A stretch of 24,115 bases of DNA from a virus (lineage: Duplodnaviria > Caudoviricetes). The stretch lies in IMG/VR virus record IMGVR_UViG_3300037631_000215, positions 1 through 24,115 of that record; one strand, 5' to 3'. The stretch's first letter is position 1. Each line of letters begins with the position of its first letter. Shown piece after piece: positions 9,501 to 18,044 of the stretch. The position numbers and the translations under genes were made by a program. The notes below the pieces were generated by a model. It made no database searches and had not been told where the DNA came from. It saw nothing but the letters and a program-made list of their open reading frames with translations.

Positions 9501-12500
9501 CGCATCCAACTACCAAGAAGCTGACGAAGCTGTACGAAAGCAGCAAGGAGTATCTGGATCAGGAGTATGGGTCTACGAATGTAGCAGAGTTTGTTGCCGA
9601 AGCGTTTACCAACCCAGAGTTCCAGAGCCAGCTAGCTCGGATCAACCCAGACGGTAAGCCACTCAGTATCTGGCAAGAGATTATTCGTACGGTATCCAAT
9701 CTGCTTGGGTTGGGCAAAGAGCGCGGCACTGCACAGCGCGAAGCTCAACGCCTAATCGAAGACATACTGGCACCTGCTGCCAAGCACCGTGGCGCACCTG
9801 CACTGAACTCGCTGTCTACACGCGATGGTGTACCCAAGGTAATAGACACCATAGCCACACCCAAAGGCACAGTAGCCGATTCCGTCAAGAAAGTTACCGA
9901 TGAGTTCAGAGCTTTGACGGGTGTTGGTACTAAAGGCGGTGGGCCACTGAAGAAAGCCCTACTGTCGCTGATGCCGAACCAAGCAGCGCAGGACATCATA
10001 GAAGATGCCGGTGTAGTCGGATCTGATAAGGTCTTTACAGCTATTGAACTACAGCGCGGCGACCTGAACCGTAACGAAGCCTCTGTACGTGCGGTATTGC
10101 AGCCCATACGTGAGTGGGGTGCGAAGCAGTCTAAAGAGACGATGGATGCGTGGAACAACTTAATTTACGACAGCACCGTTGACCAAGTAGACCCAGAGCT
10201 AACGCTGCAAGAAGCGAAAGATCGTTATAAACAGCAGACTATAGAACTCGAAGACGACGCTGGTAACATCACGACGCAGCTAAAGATAGACCGCTACAAA
10301 GAACTGCGGGCAATCTACGACAGCAAAACGGTTGGTGCCGATGGTCGGCGGGCGTACTCAAACTTACGTAAGCTGTACAAAGATCAGTACACGCAGATGA
10401 CCGCTGCACTGGAAGGCCGTATCGACGGACTGCCTATAGAAGAACAAGCAAAGGCTAATCTGAAGCAGGGCATCTACAACAAGATGCTTGAGAACACCAA
10501 GCTAGAGCCGTACTTCCCATTGACACGTACTGGTTCGTATTTCTTGGATGTAAGAGATCCAGATGAAGGTATCAACTCGGCAGTGTTTGCCTTTGAAAGC
10601 GGCGGGGCACGGCTACGCGCTATGGAAGAGTACGCCAAACAAGGCTACAAAGTAGACGCTTTTGACGCAAGTGATACCGCTTCGTACAAAGAAGCGCCGT
10701 CAGGGTCTTTTGTGTCTAGTGTGTTAGGGCTAACTAACGCGGCAAAAACTGGCCTCCCCGCAGATCAGAAACAGCAGTTTGAAGCGGTGGAAGAACAGAT
10801 CGTACGGTTGTTCGTGGAGCACCTACCCGAATCTTCGTTTGCTAGGTCTCTGCTAGGACGTAAAGGTACTCAGGGTTACGATGTAGACGCTATAGATGCG
10901 GCACGTACGAAAGCCTTTGATCTTGGTCGGCAGGTTGCCCGTATTAAGAACTCTAGGCTGATAGACCAAGCAACGCAGGAAGTTATCGAAGCTAACCCAG
11001 AGATGCGTGGTAGCGTGGAACTAGAAGAAATACAGAACCGTGCTAAGTTCGCTGCAAGCCCTCCTCTGGACAATTACGCAAAAAATGCAAATCGCTTTGC
11101 GTTCCTATACACAATCGGCTTCAACGCCTCGTCCGCGTTAGTTAACCTGTCTCAAATACCCCTATTCGCATACCCCATGCTGGCAGGTAGGTATGGGTTT
11201 AACGCGACCAAGACAGCATTAGGAGGCTCCACTAAGTTGTTTATGGGTTCTCCAAAGAACCGAACCTCGGAGAGCCTGTTTGGTGACGAGCAAACGCCAA
11301 GGTCTGTAAAAGACGCCTTGATGAAGGGCGACCTAAATGCTGCTAGGGCGGCACTGGCAGACTCGGCAATGCCTTCGATAGAAAACTACTACACGATAAC
11401 TCGTGACGCTGAAGGTAGGCCCACCTACACGGTACGAAAAGACCTAGACCTAGACAGCGACAGGGTTACAGAGTTGGAGGAGATGATCCCGCTAGTAACG
11501 CTTGCAGAGCGTCGTGGGCAACTTAATTCGTCTTTCATAGCAGACACCCTTAGCACCAGTGAAGCGGGTCGTAAGATGAGCTTCATGGATAAGGTTACAA
11601 ACGCTTCAGCATTTATGTTTCACGAAGCGGAAGTAATGAATCGCCAAGTGACCATGATGGCAGCGTATAAGCTAGCACTAAAGAAATTAGTGGGAAGTAA
11701 GAAACCTACAGCGGAGCAACAGCAGCAAGCCGCTGAACAGGCCATATATGAGACCCAGCAGATTAACGGTGGTGCAACGCTAGAGACTGGGCCACGCCTA
11801 GCAAGAAAAGGCATTGGTCGAGTAGCTTTGATGTACAAGACCTACGGCATCCAGATGTATTACACGATGCTGAAATCCGCACGACAGTTAGCGAAGAACA
11901 TAGCCCCCGGCGATGACGCGCAAAGTAGAGCCTTACGCGCAGAAGCCTTCAAACAGCTTGCGGGAGTTCACTTATCCGCGCTCTTCTTCGCTGGGGCACA
12001 GGGTCTGCCGCTATATGGCGCTGTCGCCATGCTTCACGATCTCCTCAAGGAAGACTACGAAGAGGATGCAGATACTGCATTGCGCGGCTACCTAGATAAC
12101 GATGCGCTATTCAAAGGCGCTCTGTCCGAGATAACCGGTCTTGACGTGTCACAGCGTGTGAAGCTGACCGACTTGCTGTTTGAGGCCGACAGGTTTAACA
12201 GCGACCCTTCGCCGGAAGAAGAGTTTGCTCACCTGTTCGGTGGCCCTGCATGGAGCGTGTACTCTAGAGGAAGAAAGGGTGTAGATAAGATAGCTGACGG
12301 TGAACTGCTGGCAGGTATAGAAGATATGATGCCGGGCGCTGTACGTAACCTGTATAGAGCTGTTTACAAGTACCCGCATGACGAAGGTATCCTGACTCGC
12401 CGTGGCGACCCCGTATACGACGACATCACGAACGGTGACTTATTCTCTCAGCTATTAGGCTTCCCACCCACCGAATACACTAGGGCTATGGAAGAGACAT

Positions 12501-12790
12501 CTGCTGCCAAACGTCTGGATGTGGCTGCCCAAACTGCGCGGCGCAAGATACTCAAACGCTACTATGTAGCCTTACGTTTCGGTGATAATGACGGTGCCCT
12601 AGAGGCACTGGACGACATGATGGAGTTTAACCAGTCTGAGGCTGTACAACTGAACCCAGCCGCGTTCATCTCATCTGACACCATAGAACGGTCTCTAAAC
12701 AGGCACATGGCTACTACTGCCAAGATGCACAATGGTGTGCTGTTATCTCCTTATGTAAAGACAGCAGCGGATCAAGAAGGGTACTTGTAA
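6533..12790 (+). CDS. Giant internal virion/large polyvalent-type protein with zincin-like metallopeptidase (HEMAH) and a PLxRFG-like C-terminal region
   Basis: 2085 aa with N-terminal Gly/Ala hydrophobic segments, VLLHEMAH (HEMAH at 9455-9469) plus downstream EFVAEAF, and PYFPLTRTG (about 10508-10534). It is the last gene of the structural operon. Confidence 0.75.
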   Translation: MARVSVARIEAAIQKAEALGDTANANQLRAALARSAPPAPTIPTQPTGPSDLDRRRAELEARIAAREAAPVAPTETGFFEDITSGFGAGVVGVGEMAALGLAAPLEEENELAARERIQSVAESFRPEGGDPDSVTYKLSSALGSIAGLAAVPAAAAFTPVGTVGALGLGALAAGAAGAGEASERARAADATEEERGSATLRGTAIGLLDVLPIARVLPLSKMPELAKLVDKIPPEKVETIGERIYSAGITGGAEAAQEAASNVLQNLNEQEYNAAAETFGGTAEEAALGGGAGAILQGLVDLFAPRRGAKTVGDTVAPEEAPPRLEEDQVQGELFARPTQTVEPDTGGALTDFNVDQINSAVERLTARGVAPNTITEEAVFDEILAAEERADAAAPEQLTIEGAIDAAETAEVQAMIDADETAEIEAMVAEDDAAKAAADVERAQARKRSERETAIGQQVDEELDATETRRREILADVVEKQPTRQLGTLRTRFSRALEEVNLDPEPTAAENASMERVIDISRAEPVPQDDLPSDSDVAAIEARIREAREDEGITDTSELRQESFAGLGRREAPTEQEATPEPRIITEEDLTTAGFKSNAAVRKRVTGKDLNDPEVRADLVKAGQRFKSQEVKTGVDRLLQGVPSEQRDLFADTKREPVAAGSGTGDAVDLQSVEVPTGRANTVESGPSVGGAVADAGGGTGRSVAGEGREQTTLTPTREVKPEIADAGRVLAAARRAMAEAEEAVAAKPTQKNQRALKQAERRFAQAVGLLNQRLADVDTQAIPEETVELQRRAGQQMSATGIRPAMAAAAPTTVEEVTAKEPTVEEARTTEQQAADKQSLLAERRKARDELMAADPDLSKAEAMRIASGQVLYAPPREYLEALDAPLPDVAAKAVLNNELRRALLDIADKSGDKFVSRVAKRLSEFTGDTRILAVPASQLGKVDGQQVDGRFITADNTIVLNRNFSNTQVLLHEMAHAATINVLRNPSHPTTKKLTKLYESSKEYLDQEYGSTNVAEFVAEAFTNPEFQSQLARINPDGKPLSIWQEIIRTVSNLLGLGKERGTAQREAQRLIEDILAPAAKHRGAPALNSLSTRDGVPKVIDTIATPKGTVADSVKKVTDEFRALTGVGTKGGGPLKKALLSLMPNQAAQDIIEDAGVVGSDKVFTAIELQRGDLNRNEASVRAVLQPIREWGAKQSKETMDAWNNLIYDSTVDQVDPELTLQEAKDRYKQQTIELEDDAGNITTQLKIDRYKELRAIYDSKTVGADGRRAYSNLRKLYKDQYTQMTAALEGRIDGLPIEEQAKANLKQGIYNKMLENTKLEPYFPLTRTGSYFLDVRDPDEGINSAVFAFESGGARLRAMEEYAKQGYKVDAFDASDTASYKEAPSGSFVSSVLGLTNAAKTGLPADQKQQFEAVEEQIVRLFVEHLPESSFARSLLGRKGTQGYDVDAIDAARTKAFDLGRQVARIKNSRLIDQATQEVIEANPEMRGSVELEEIQNRAKFAASPPLDNYAKNANRFAFLYTIGFNASSALVNLSQIPLFAYPMLAGRYGFNATKTALGGSTKLFMGSPKNRTSESLFGDEQTPRSVKDALMKGDLNAARAALADSAMPSIENYYTITRDAEGRPTYTVRKDLDLDSDRVTELEEMIPLVTLAERRGQLNSSFIADTLSTSEAGRKMSFMDKVTNASAFMFHEAEVMNRQVTMMAAYKLALKKLVGSKKPTAEQQQQAAEQAIYETQQINGGATLETGPRLARKGIGRVALMYKTYGIQMYYTMLKSARQLAKNIAPGDDAQSRALRAEAFKQLAGVHLSALFFAGAQGLPLYGAVAMLHDLLKEDYEEDADTALRGYLDNDALFKGALSEITGLDVSQRVKLTDLLFEADRFNSDPSPEEEFAHLFGGPAWSVYSRGRKGVDKIADGELLAGIEDMMPGAVRNLYRAVYKYPHDEGILTRRGDPVYDDITNGDLFSQLLGFPPTEYTRAMEETSAAKRLDVAAQTARRKILKRYYVALRFGDNDGALEALDDMMEFNQSEAVQLNPAAFISSDTIERSLNRHMATTAKMHNGVLLSPYVKTAADQEGYL
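8466..8678 (+). CDS. Putative overprinted 70-aa protein nested (+1 frame) in the giant virion gene
   Basis: AAGGAG at 8454-8459 lies 6 nt before GTG. The product reads as a protein-like amphipathic sequence (MSNVIYLP...LAHLSEEQWQMLEEALDDLLLEKEESKLH), and the host frame is a Gly-rich low-complexity linker here. Confidence 0.6.
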   Translation: MSNVIYLPTPKENLSQQEVEQAMQLIYRAWKSLQDVRIPWNLAHLSEEQWQMLEEALDDLLLEKEESKLH

Positions 12791-12832
12791 AAAACCCCCT
12801 TACCGCAAGAAGGGGTAGTTACGGTAAGGGGG
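12789..12832 (-). terminator. Rho-independent terminator-like hairpin between the convergent modules
   Basis: 11-bp inverted repeat cccccttaccg (12795-12805) / cggtaaggggg (12822-12832). The A6 at 12789-12794 gives a U-tract on the - strand. Confidence 0.7.
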
Positions 12833-12892
12833 GTAGGAAGGCGATAAGACCTTTCAGCAGGAGACCGGACGACCTTATCAGGGCGGATCGTA

Positions 12893-13120
12893 TCATACCA
12901 ATCTCCAGACGCGAACCCCTAAAAAACGACCTTCTAGGACGCCCTTGGCCCGTATATCCCACTCCATTTCGTCTACACAGATGCGTTTAATCTGCTGTAG
13001 CGCCTTGTCCGTGTTGATACACGGCACAAATATCGAACTCCCTACCACCATAGCACCCCAGTCCACCACGATACGTACCCCGTCAGGGTTCAAGTCATAC
13101 GTCTTGAGCGTTATCTCCAT
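12893..13120 (-). CDS. Small hypothetical phage protein (MxVGxS..V...RVWR type)
   Basis: 75 aa, start overlaps the upstream stop, last gene before the terminator. The motif is shared with 23555..23821. Confidence 0.7.
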   Translation of the reverse strand: MEITLKTYDLNPDGVRIVVDWGAMVVGSSIFVPCINTDKALQQIKRICVDEMEWDIRAKGVLEGRFLGVRVWRLV

Positions 13121-13389
13121 GTCTTACGTAGCTTACCTTTCACGATACGGTAGCGGTTGTATATGTTATTAACCGTGTGCGGCTGAAACCCCAACTCCCG
13201 AGCAATGTCCGCACGTTTAATCCCCTTATTGTGCAGTTTCAGCACTAGCCTAATCTGGTCTTCAGTGTAGACCGGCTGATACCTACCACTTCTCCTGTCA
13301 TATGGGGATACGGTGACACGTTTACCCTTTTTCCCCAACTCCACTACTTTCTCCTGCGCTCGTATCGCTGCCATGAACGTCGCCGTCAT
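13111..13389 (-). CDS. Helix-turn-helix DNA-binding protein
   Basis: YTEDQIRLVLKLHNKGIKRADIARELGFQPHTVNNIY is a classic tri-helical HTH. The start is uncertain (13389 or 13374) and overlaps the primase 3' end. Confidence 0.7.
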   Translation of the reverse strand: MTATFMAAIRAQEKVVELGKKGKRVTVSPYDRRSGRYQPVYTEDQIRLVLKLHNKGIKRADIARELGFQPHTVNNIYNRYRIVKGKLRKTWR

Positions 13390-16285
13390 CTAAACTTTCT
13401 CCATCTTCGTTAGTTGCATTAAACACCTTGCAGTCAACTATCAGCACTCTATATGCAGGCATAGCCGACCCTATGTGCGTGCCTTTACCTAACCGCATAG
13501 ATCCACGCTTACCACCTAACTTGTTAATCAGGTCGCTCGTGAATGCGCCATAGTTAATCTGATGTGTGGCGCACCAAGCCTTCAAGAACCTCGGAACTAA
13601 GTACGCTTTCTTTGTGTCTGTCTCGAACCGCGCCACTAACCTACCTTTCGGTAGTGCGTCGGGTATGACGATACTATCCAACCCATTACCAGAACCACTG
13701 CGTAGGTCGTCCGTGCTCTTGATTACCAGTATGTTGTTATAGTTTTCAGTCAGGTAGTCGTTAAGTGTTTGTTCTACTGATGACCCCATATCGTTAACCG
13801 ATTGCAGGTTTAGTTTAAGTAGGTTAACAGTCCACTTAAATAAGCCCTTCATGTCGTAGTCGATTAGCTCCAGTTTGTTGGCGATGTACGCCCCAGCTAG
13901 TGTGGTAGCAGCTCCGGCAGACCAGAAACGGTTTTCTGATGTAAGCCCTGCCGCCTCATCAATCTTACGCTGGAACCCAAGTACGAGCTTCTTAACGTCT
14001 TCTAAGTTCTGCATGACCCACTGAATATAAATAATCCCAGCGTGCCCATAGTTTTCTTCGATAGACCTATCGAACGCATCCGTACCTTTCTTCTCCTCCG
14101 TGCTGGTGAATACCCGTTGCGCCCTCCATTCCATTATCCTCTGCGCCTCTGCTTTCGGCGCTTGCTTCTCGGCTGCAATACGCTCAATGACACTGGCATT
14201 ACCTGTAGTTACACATGAGAGGTGCCACGGTTCACCACGAGCACGTTCAAGGTTAGCCCCACCAGCCATACGCCCGCGCTGTTCGCCAGAAGATATTTGA
14301 TACGCTAAGTCACTTAGCTGCTCACTTTTCTCATTGGTCAATTCGTCTATGTAAAACGGCAAGTTGTGCAGCACCTCCGCACGGTTAAACTTTATCGCGT
14401 CGGTATCCTTTGCGGTTATCATCATGCCCTTCTGAGCACCCCACACCGAACCCGCTACCCGTATAGCTGCTGTCTTACCGCACCCGCTAAGTGGGCTGTG
14501 TATGTGTAACGCGCAAGCATTCTGAGGCAAGAAACTCATCAGCGGAGAACCGAACGCTGTACTCACAACGTACTGGTGCATAACCAGTTCAGGCCGCGTG
14601 TTGTAGAAATTAGCCATCTTTTTCCACGCCTCCAACGTACCCTTCGGCTTGAGGTATGGGATTAGTGCGGCTGTCGGTGTGGACGGGGGGTTGTGCTCAA
14701 TACGGTCTGCGCGTATTTCACTGTTTCCTACGACAAAGGCGTCCATGTTCTCGTCTACCCAACCGAACTGGCGACGTGCCGTGGCTGCTGTAGAGGTTGC
14801 TTGTAATTCGTTTACCCAAGTAATCATATATTGCATTAAATCGTTTAGTTGAGGGATGGCAACACCTTGCATCGCCATGTTTTTCCTAAATTCTTCTCGT
14901 GAAGTGACCGCCGTAAGAGGCATTGTAAATTCACGTACGCCGTCTTGTGGCAGGTGTATCCTACAAACTACGGACTCCCCGTCTTCTATATCTAATAGCC
15001 GCTGCGTAATGTAGATGTCGTTGTGGTAGATGACATGCTCGTCAACTTCCCCGTCTTGGCTTATGTTCCTGACATACACACCGCCGTTCTGACCACGGAA
15101 GTATGGGCGCGGGTAGACAGGTATAACGTGTTGTGTAGAAAGTTCTTGGCTAGCCGAACCCGGAAGTAACGTACCTTCTAGTAAATCACTCGACTCACCC
15201 GACTCACCCGACTCAACGACATATGTGCCGTCTTCGTTGGCTTCTGCTTCAGCCACCTTGCGCCCTAACACAATCGGTGAACTGATCTTGCCCCAGTGTG
15301 GGCACTCTGTGCAGACACCGCCTTCATTCTCGTCGAATGTTGTGCAGCGGTACGGCCCCTTAATCAGATCCAACTTCTTCAGCGTTAGCTCTGGCGTGTA
15401 TTCGGGGTGCTGGTTTGAGATCTTATGTGCAGCCTTTTCACCGTCTTCGCAGAACTTAGCGATGGACAGGCCTGCCCTCCACATAGGCTCACTCGTCTCG
15501 GCTTGGCCTTTTATTATCCGGCGTAGTTGCTCACACCCGTTACCGTTCTGTGCCTTGAGCAATATGGTTCTGAATTCGTGCTTGTAGTTCTGAATGATTG
15601 CATCACGTAGGCTTGCTGGCCCCTCCGCAGGTACGTACTTCTTGGGAACTGGTATCGTGTCCATCCCCAGCTTACTGGCAAAGAAGTCAAAGTTAACCGT
15701 ATCGGGAGTCTTACCTATGACTTCTACTGGCGCAGGGGTATCAGGTTTGTGGTTATGCGTACCCACTATGCGAAGAACCCGCGCTATGTCAGCAGGTACT
15801 GCGGGGTCTATCTCAAGCCCAAACTCTTTGCACTTGGCCTTGAACTGGTCAGCCACTACCTTCCACTGCTCTACAGCGACGGGTTCAGATAGCACCCAGT
15901 AAACGTGTATGCCACGACCAGAGTTAACGATAAGAGGCTTTGGTAATTCTAGAGCTACGATAAATTCTTGTAGCCTGCGTAACGCCTCTCCCTGTGTAGC
16001 GAACCCCTCGTTCTTAGCTACTTTGTCTTCGCCAACGTCCAAGTCTAAGAAGAATGACTTAATCTGTTTAGCGTCATCACCTTTGCGAGTACCTTCTTCC
16101 TTGAAGTTACTCATCGCAAAGTACATATCCCACCCTTCACTGTCGTGATATTCGGCGGCTTCTGCTAATTCATCTGTTGAGTGAAAGTATGTCTGCCGTA
16201 CCCCGTTCGACGCTAGGCCGTATTGTAGAGCGACGTACACACCTTCTGTGGGTAATACCCACCGTAAAAATTCTCTTGTATTCAT
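13322..16285 (-). CDS. Primase-helicase: N-terminal AEP (RepB'-like) primase, Cys-rich domain, DUF927-like region and P-loop helicase
   Basis: AEP-type motifs FFLDLD, NSGRGIHVYW and ARVLRIVGT; Cys cluster (CEQL...CTTF...CTECPH); Walker A SGCGKT and Walker B FYIDE. ATG 16285 is preferred over TTG 16297. Confidence 0.85.
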   Translation of the reverse strand: MNTREFLRWVLPTEGVYVALQYGLASNGVRQTYFHSTDELAEAAEYHDSEGWDMYFAMSNFKEEGTRKGDDAKQIKSFFLDLDVGEDKVAKNEGFATQGEALRRLQEFIVALELPKPLIVNSGRGIHVYWVLSEPVAVEQWKVVADQFKAKCKEFGLEIDPAVPADIARVLRIVGTHNHKPDTPAPVEVIGKTPDTVNFDFFASKLGMDTIPVPKKYVPAEGPASLRDAIIQNYKHEFRTILLKAQNGNGCEQLRRIIKGQAETSEPMWRAGLSIAKFCEDGEKAAHKISNQHPEYTPELTLKKLDLIKGPYRCTTFDENEGGVCTECPHWGKISSPIVLGRKVAEAEANEDGTYVVESGESGESSDLLEGTLLPGSASQELSTQHVIPVYPRPYFRGQNGGVYVRNISQDGEVDEHVIYHNDIYITQRLLDIEDGESVVCRIHLPQDGVREFTMPLTAVTSREEFRKNMAMQGVAIPQLNDLMQYMITWVNELQATSTAATARRQFGWVDENMDAFVVGNSEIRADRIEHNPPSTPTAALIPYLKPKGTLEAWKKMANFYNTRPELVMHQYVVSTAFGSPLMSFLPQNACALHIHSPLSGCGKTAAIRVAGSVWGAQKGMMITAKDTDAIKFNRAEVLHNLPFYIDELTNEKSEQLSDLAYQISSGEQRGRMAGGANLERARGEPWHLSCVTTGNASVIERIAAEKQAPKAEAQRIMEWRAQRVFTSTEEKKGTDAFDRSIEENYGHAGIIYIQWVMQNLEDVKKLVLGFQRKIDEAAGLTSENRFWSAGAATTLAGAYIANKLELIDYDMKGLFKWTVNLLKLNLQSVNDMGSSVEQTLNDYLTENYNNILVIKSTDDLRSGSGNGLDSIVIPDALPKGRLVARFETDTKKAYLVPRFLKAWCATHQINYGAFTSDLINKLGGKRGSMRLGKGTHIGSAMPAYRVLIVDCKVFNATNEDGESLDDGDVHGSDTSAGESSGVGEKG

Positions 16286-16297
16286 GGTTGCACCCAA

Positions 16298-16359
16298 TGC
16301 CGAGAGACACTATGGCAGGGATGTCGGCGCATCCTTTTCGGCAAAACCTAGCCATAGTG
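16298..16359 (-). promoter_or_regulatory. Structured intergenic element (three-way junction with GCCGA-containing loops) upstream of the primase gene
   Basis: Closing stem cactatggc 16308-16316 / gccatagtg 16351-16359; inner hairpins ggatg-tcggcg-catcc (16319-16334) and tttt-cggc-aaaa (16335-16346); tgccgaga at 16298-16305. Confidence 0.55.
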
Positions 16360-16375
16360 GAGTGATTGTTAGTGG

Positions 16376-17125
16376 TTAGTCATCCCAACCGTCAACAATG
16401 GCACTCAGATCGTCGTCATCTTCCTTGGGTGCGGGGGCAGATTTCTTTACGACCTTCTTGGGTTCCTCCACTTCGGAGGTATCTGGCTCATCGCCAAATA
16501 TATCGTCAGAGTCATCGTCATCTAATGCGACATCGGTGCTCTTGACACTGCTAGTAGTATCACTAAACGGGTTATCAGGTTGTGCTACGAAGCCGCCTTC
16601 CACAACACCGAAGGGCGAACGTGACACCATCGGCACATATTCGATCACCTGTACGCCGTTCAGACGTAGGCTAACGCCATTGTCACGCATAGAGTACGGC
16701 ACGAAAGCAAAGGCAAGGTTCACGGTGCTACCGCTGGTTAGCTGGAAGTCCGCTGGCAGCTTGTTGTTCTGCGCGTCTACTTGCAGTGGGGGCGTGGTCT
16801 TGTCGGTGCCGTAAGCACCTTTCAGCTTGCACTTGCCGATGTAGTTGCCGTCATCATCCTTCTTGAAGGGTAGGGCAAACTTGTCAGGCCAGCTTTTTTC
16901 TTTCTTGGCTTTATAGGCCACTGCCATTGCCTTGTATAAGGCTTTAGCTTCGCTTTCAGACATCACGAAAGACATCTCGTATGCCGCGCCGTCATCCAGC
17001 GGGTCACACTTAACAGACCCACCCTTACCGCCGTTCGCTTTGTTATCGAACTTGTAGGTAGCGTCGAGTCTTGGGTAGAGGGCTTTTACGCCTTCGATTG
17101 TGTAGTACATATTTGCTTCAGCCAT
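16376..17125 (-). CDS. Probable single-stranded DNA-binding protein (T7 gp2.5/DUF2815-like OB fold with acidic tail)
   Basis: AAGGAG RBS; signature GSTVNL...Y....GVSLRLNGVQVIEY; acidic C-terminal tail ending GWDD; adjacent to the primase gene. Confidence 0.75.
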   Translation of the reverse strand: MAEANMYYTIEGVKALYPRLDATYKFDNKANGGKGGSVKCDPLDDGAAYEMSFVMSESEAKALYKAMAVAYKAKKEKSWPDKFALPFKKDDDGNYIGKCKLKGAYGTDKTTPPLQVDAQNNKLPADFQLTSGSTVNLAFAFVPYSMRDNGVSLRLNGVQVIEYVPMVSRSPFGVVEGGFVAQPDNPFSDTTSSVKSTDVALDDDDSDDIFGDEPDTSEVEEPKKVVKKSAPAPKEDDDDLSAIVDGWDD

Positions 17126-17136
17126 TGTTGGTCTCC

Positions 17137-17793
17137 TTAACTTAGGCTATTTATTGTGAACCCTTCAGTCGCAGCGAAAGGCGAACCCTCGCGGTTGTGG
17201 GGCACGATGTCGAAAGCAATCGCTGCTAACGTCTCATCGTCATCCACCATCAATCTAACTTTCTGTAGTTCCTCTTCTTCTAACGGTCTTTGTGGGTAAA
17301 AGAACAGCTTTGGCACGGGGCTACCCGCATCAAAACTTATCTTTGTCACCACTGCTGCACTGGGCGTCCCATGCCCACTCAAAAATTTGGCGTAAGCCTG
17401 TAGAGGCATAGAGCTTCTACCTTGAGCTTTACCAAATATGGATGAGGCAGGTACCTGCAACTGGTACACAGTATCTAATGCTTGCTCTTCAACAATCGCT
17501 AGCCGCTGGCTAAACCTGCAAGCCCTACCCCCTCCAGTGCCAGAACCTCGGACGTTATTGGTGCAATCAATACACCGCATACTTTGTCTCTGGTCTGGCG
17601 GCACTTCAGGTGCGGGTCTCTGGGTATCGTTCGACCAGCATGTCGGCAGACGTTTGGCGCTAGGGTCGTAGGCATCTTTGTAATACGAGCGCGATACTGC
17701 CGCTGCGTTTACGATAACTACGTCTATCGCTGTACTGTCTGCTTGCTGGTCTAACCCAGTAAACCTATTACCCTGTATGCTGATTCGGCGCAC
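17137..17793 (-). CDS. Conserved phage replication-module protein, possible Zn-binding ssDNA-binding/annealing protein
   Basis: RRISI.G..F, CWS...CIDC..N..GSG....RAC (4 Cys), QLQVPASSIFG and PKLFF. Its start overlaps the upstream stop. Confidence 0.6.
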   Translation of the reverse strand: MRRISIQGNRFTGLDQQADSTAIDVVIVNAAAVSRSYYKDAYDPSAKRLPTCWSNDTQRPAPEVPPDQRQSMRCIDCTNNVRGSGTGGGRACRFSQRLAIVEEQALDTVYQLQVPASSIFGKAQGRSSMPLQAYAKFLSGHGTPSAAVVTKISFDAGSPVPKLFFYPQRPLEEEELQKVRLMVDDDETLAAIAFDIVPHNREGSPFAATEGFTINSLS

Positions 17794-18044
17794 TATACGT
17801 CCGCATCAGGATCAAACGCTGTAGGGTCAAAGTCGTCTACAACAGCCTCTTCCGTTGCTTCTTCCTTAGACGCACCGCCCTTTAATAGAGCTTCTGCAAT
17901 ACTCGCCAAGGCGAATCGCTGCGTTTTACCTACCTTGATGTACGTATTCTCTGGAATTACGCCATCCCTCACCCACTTACGGGTCGTGGATAATGACACA
18001 CCAAAGTGCTTTGCGACATCTTCAATCGGAACTAATTGCTCCAT
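17793..18044 (-). CDS. Excisionase/MerR-like (HTH_17-type) DNA-binding protein with acidic tail
   Basis: IEDVAKHFGVSLSTTRKWVRDGVIP..YIKVGKTQRF matches a winged-HTH pattern. ATG overlaps the upstream TGA. Confidence 0.8.
   Translation of the reverse strand: MEQLVPIEDVAKHFGVSLSTTRKWVRDGVIPENTYIKVGKTQRFALASIAEALLKGGASKEEATEEAVVDDFDPTAFDPDADV

Noticed and set aside
3080-12095. Other same-strand nested ORFs (3080..3298, 7368..7598, 11913..12095)
   Set aside because: Unlike 8466..8678, they lack a convincing RBS and a protein-like composition.
253-12379. Numerous - strand ORFs (e.g. 1924..2502, 7516..8196, 8215..8784) opposite the structural genes
   Set aside because: They are Ser/Ala-rich antisense shadows of long + strand genes, with no recognisable motifs.
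15191-15215. 9-bp tandem repeat cgactcacc in the primase gene
   Set aside because: It is an in-frame ESG repeat in an interdomain linker, too short to call iterons.
16170-16355. 61-aa - strand ORF overlapping the primase start
   Set aside because: It begins inside the stem-loop, has no evident RBS and is out of frame with a strong gene.
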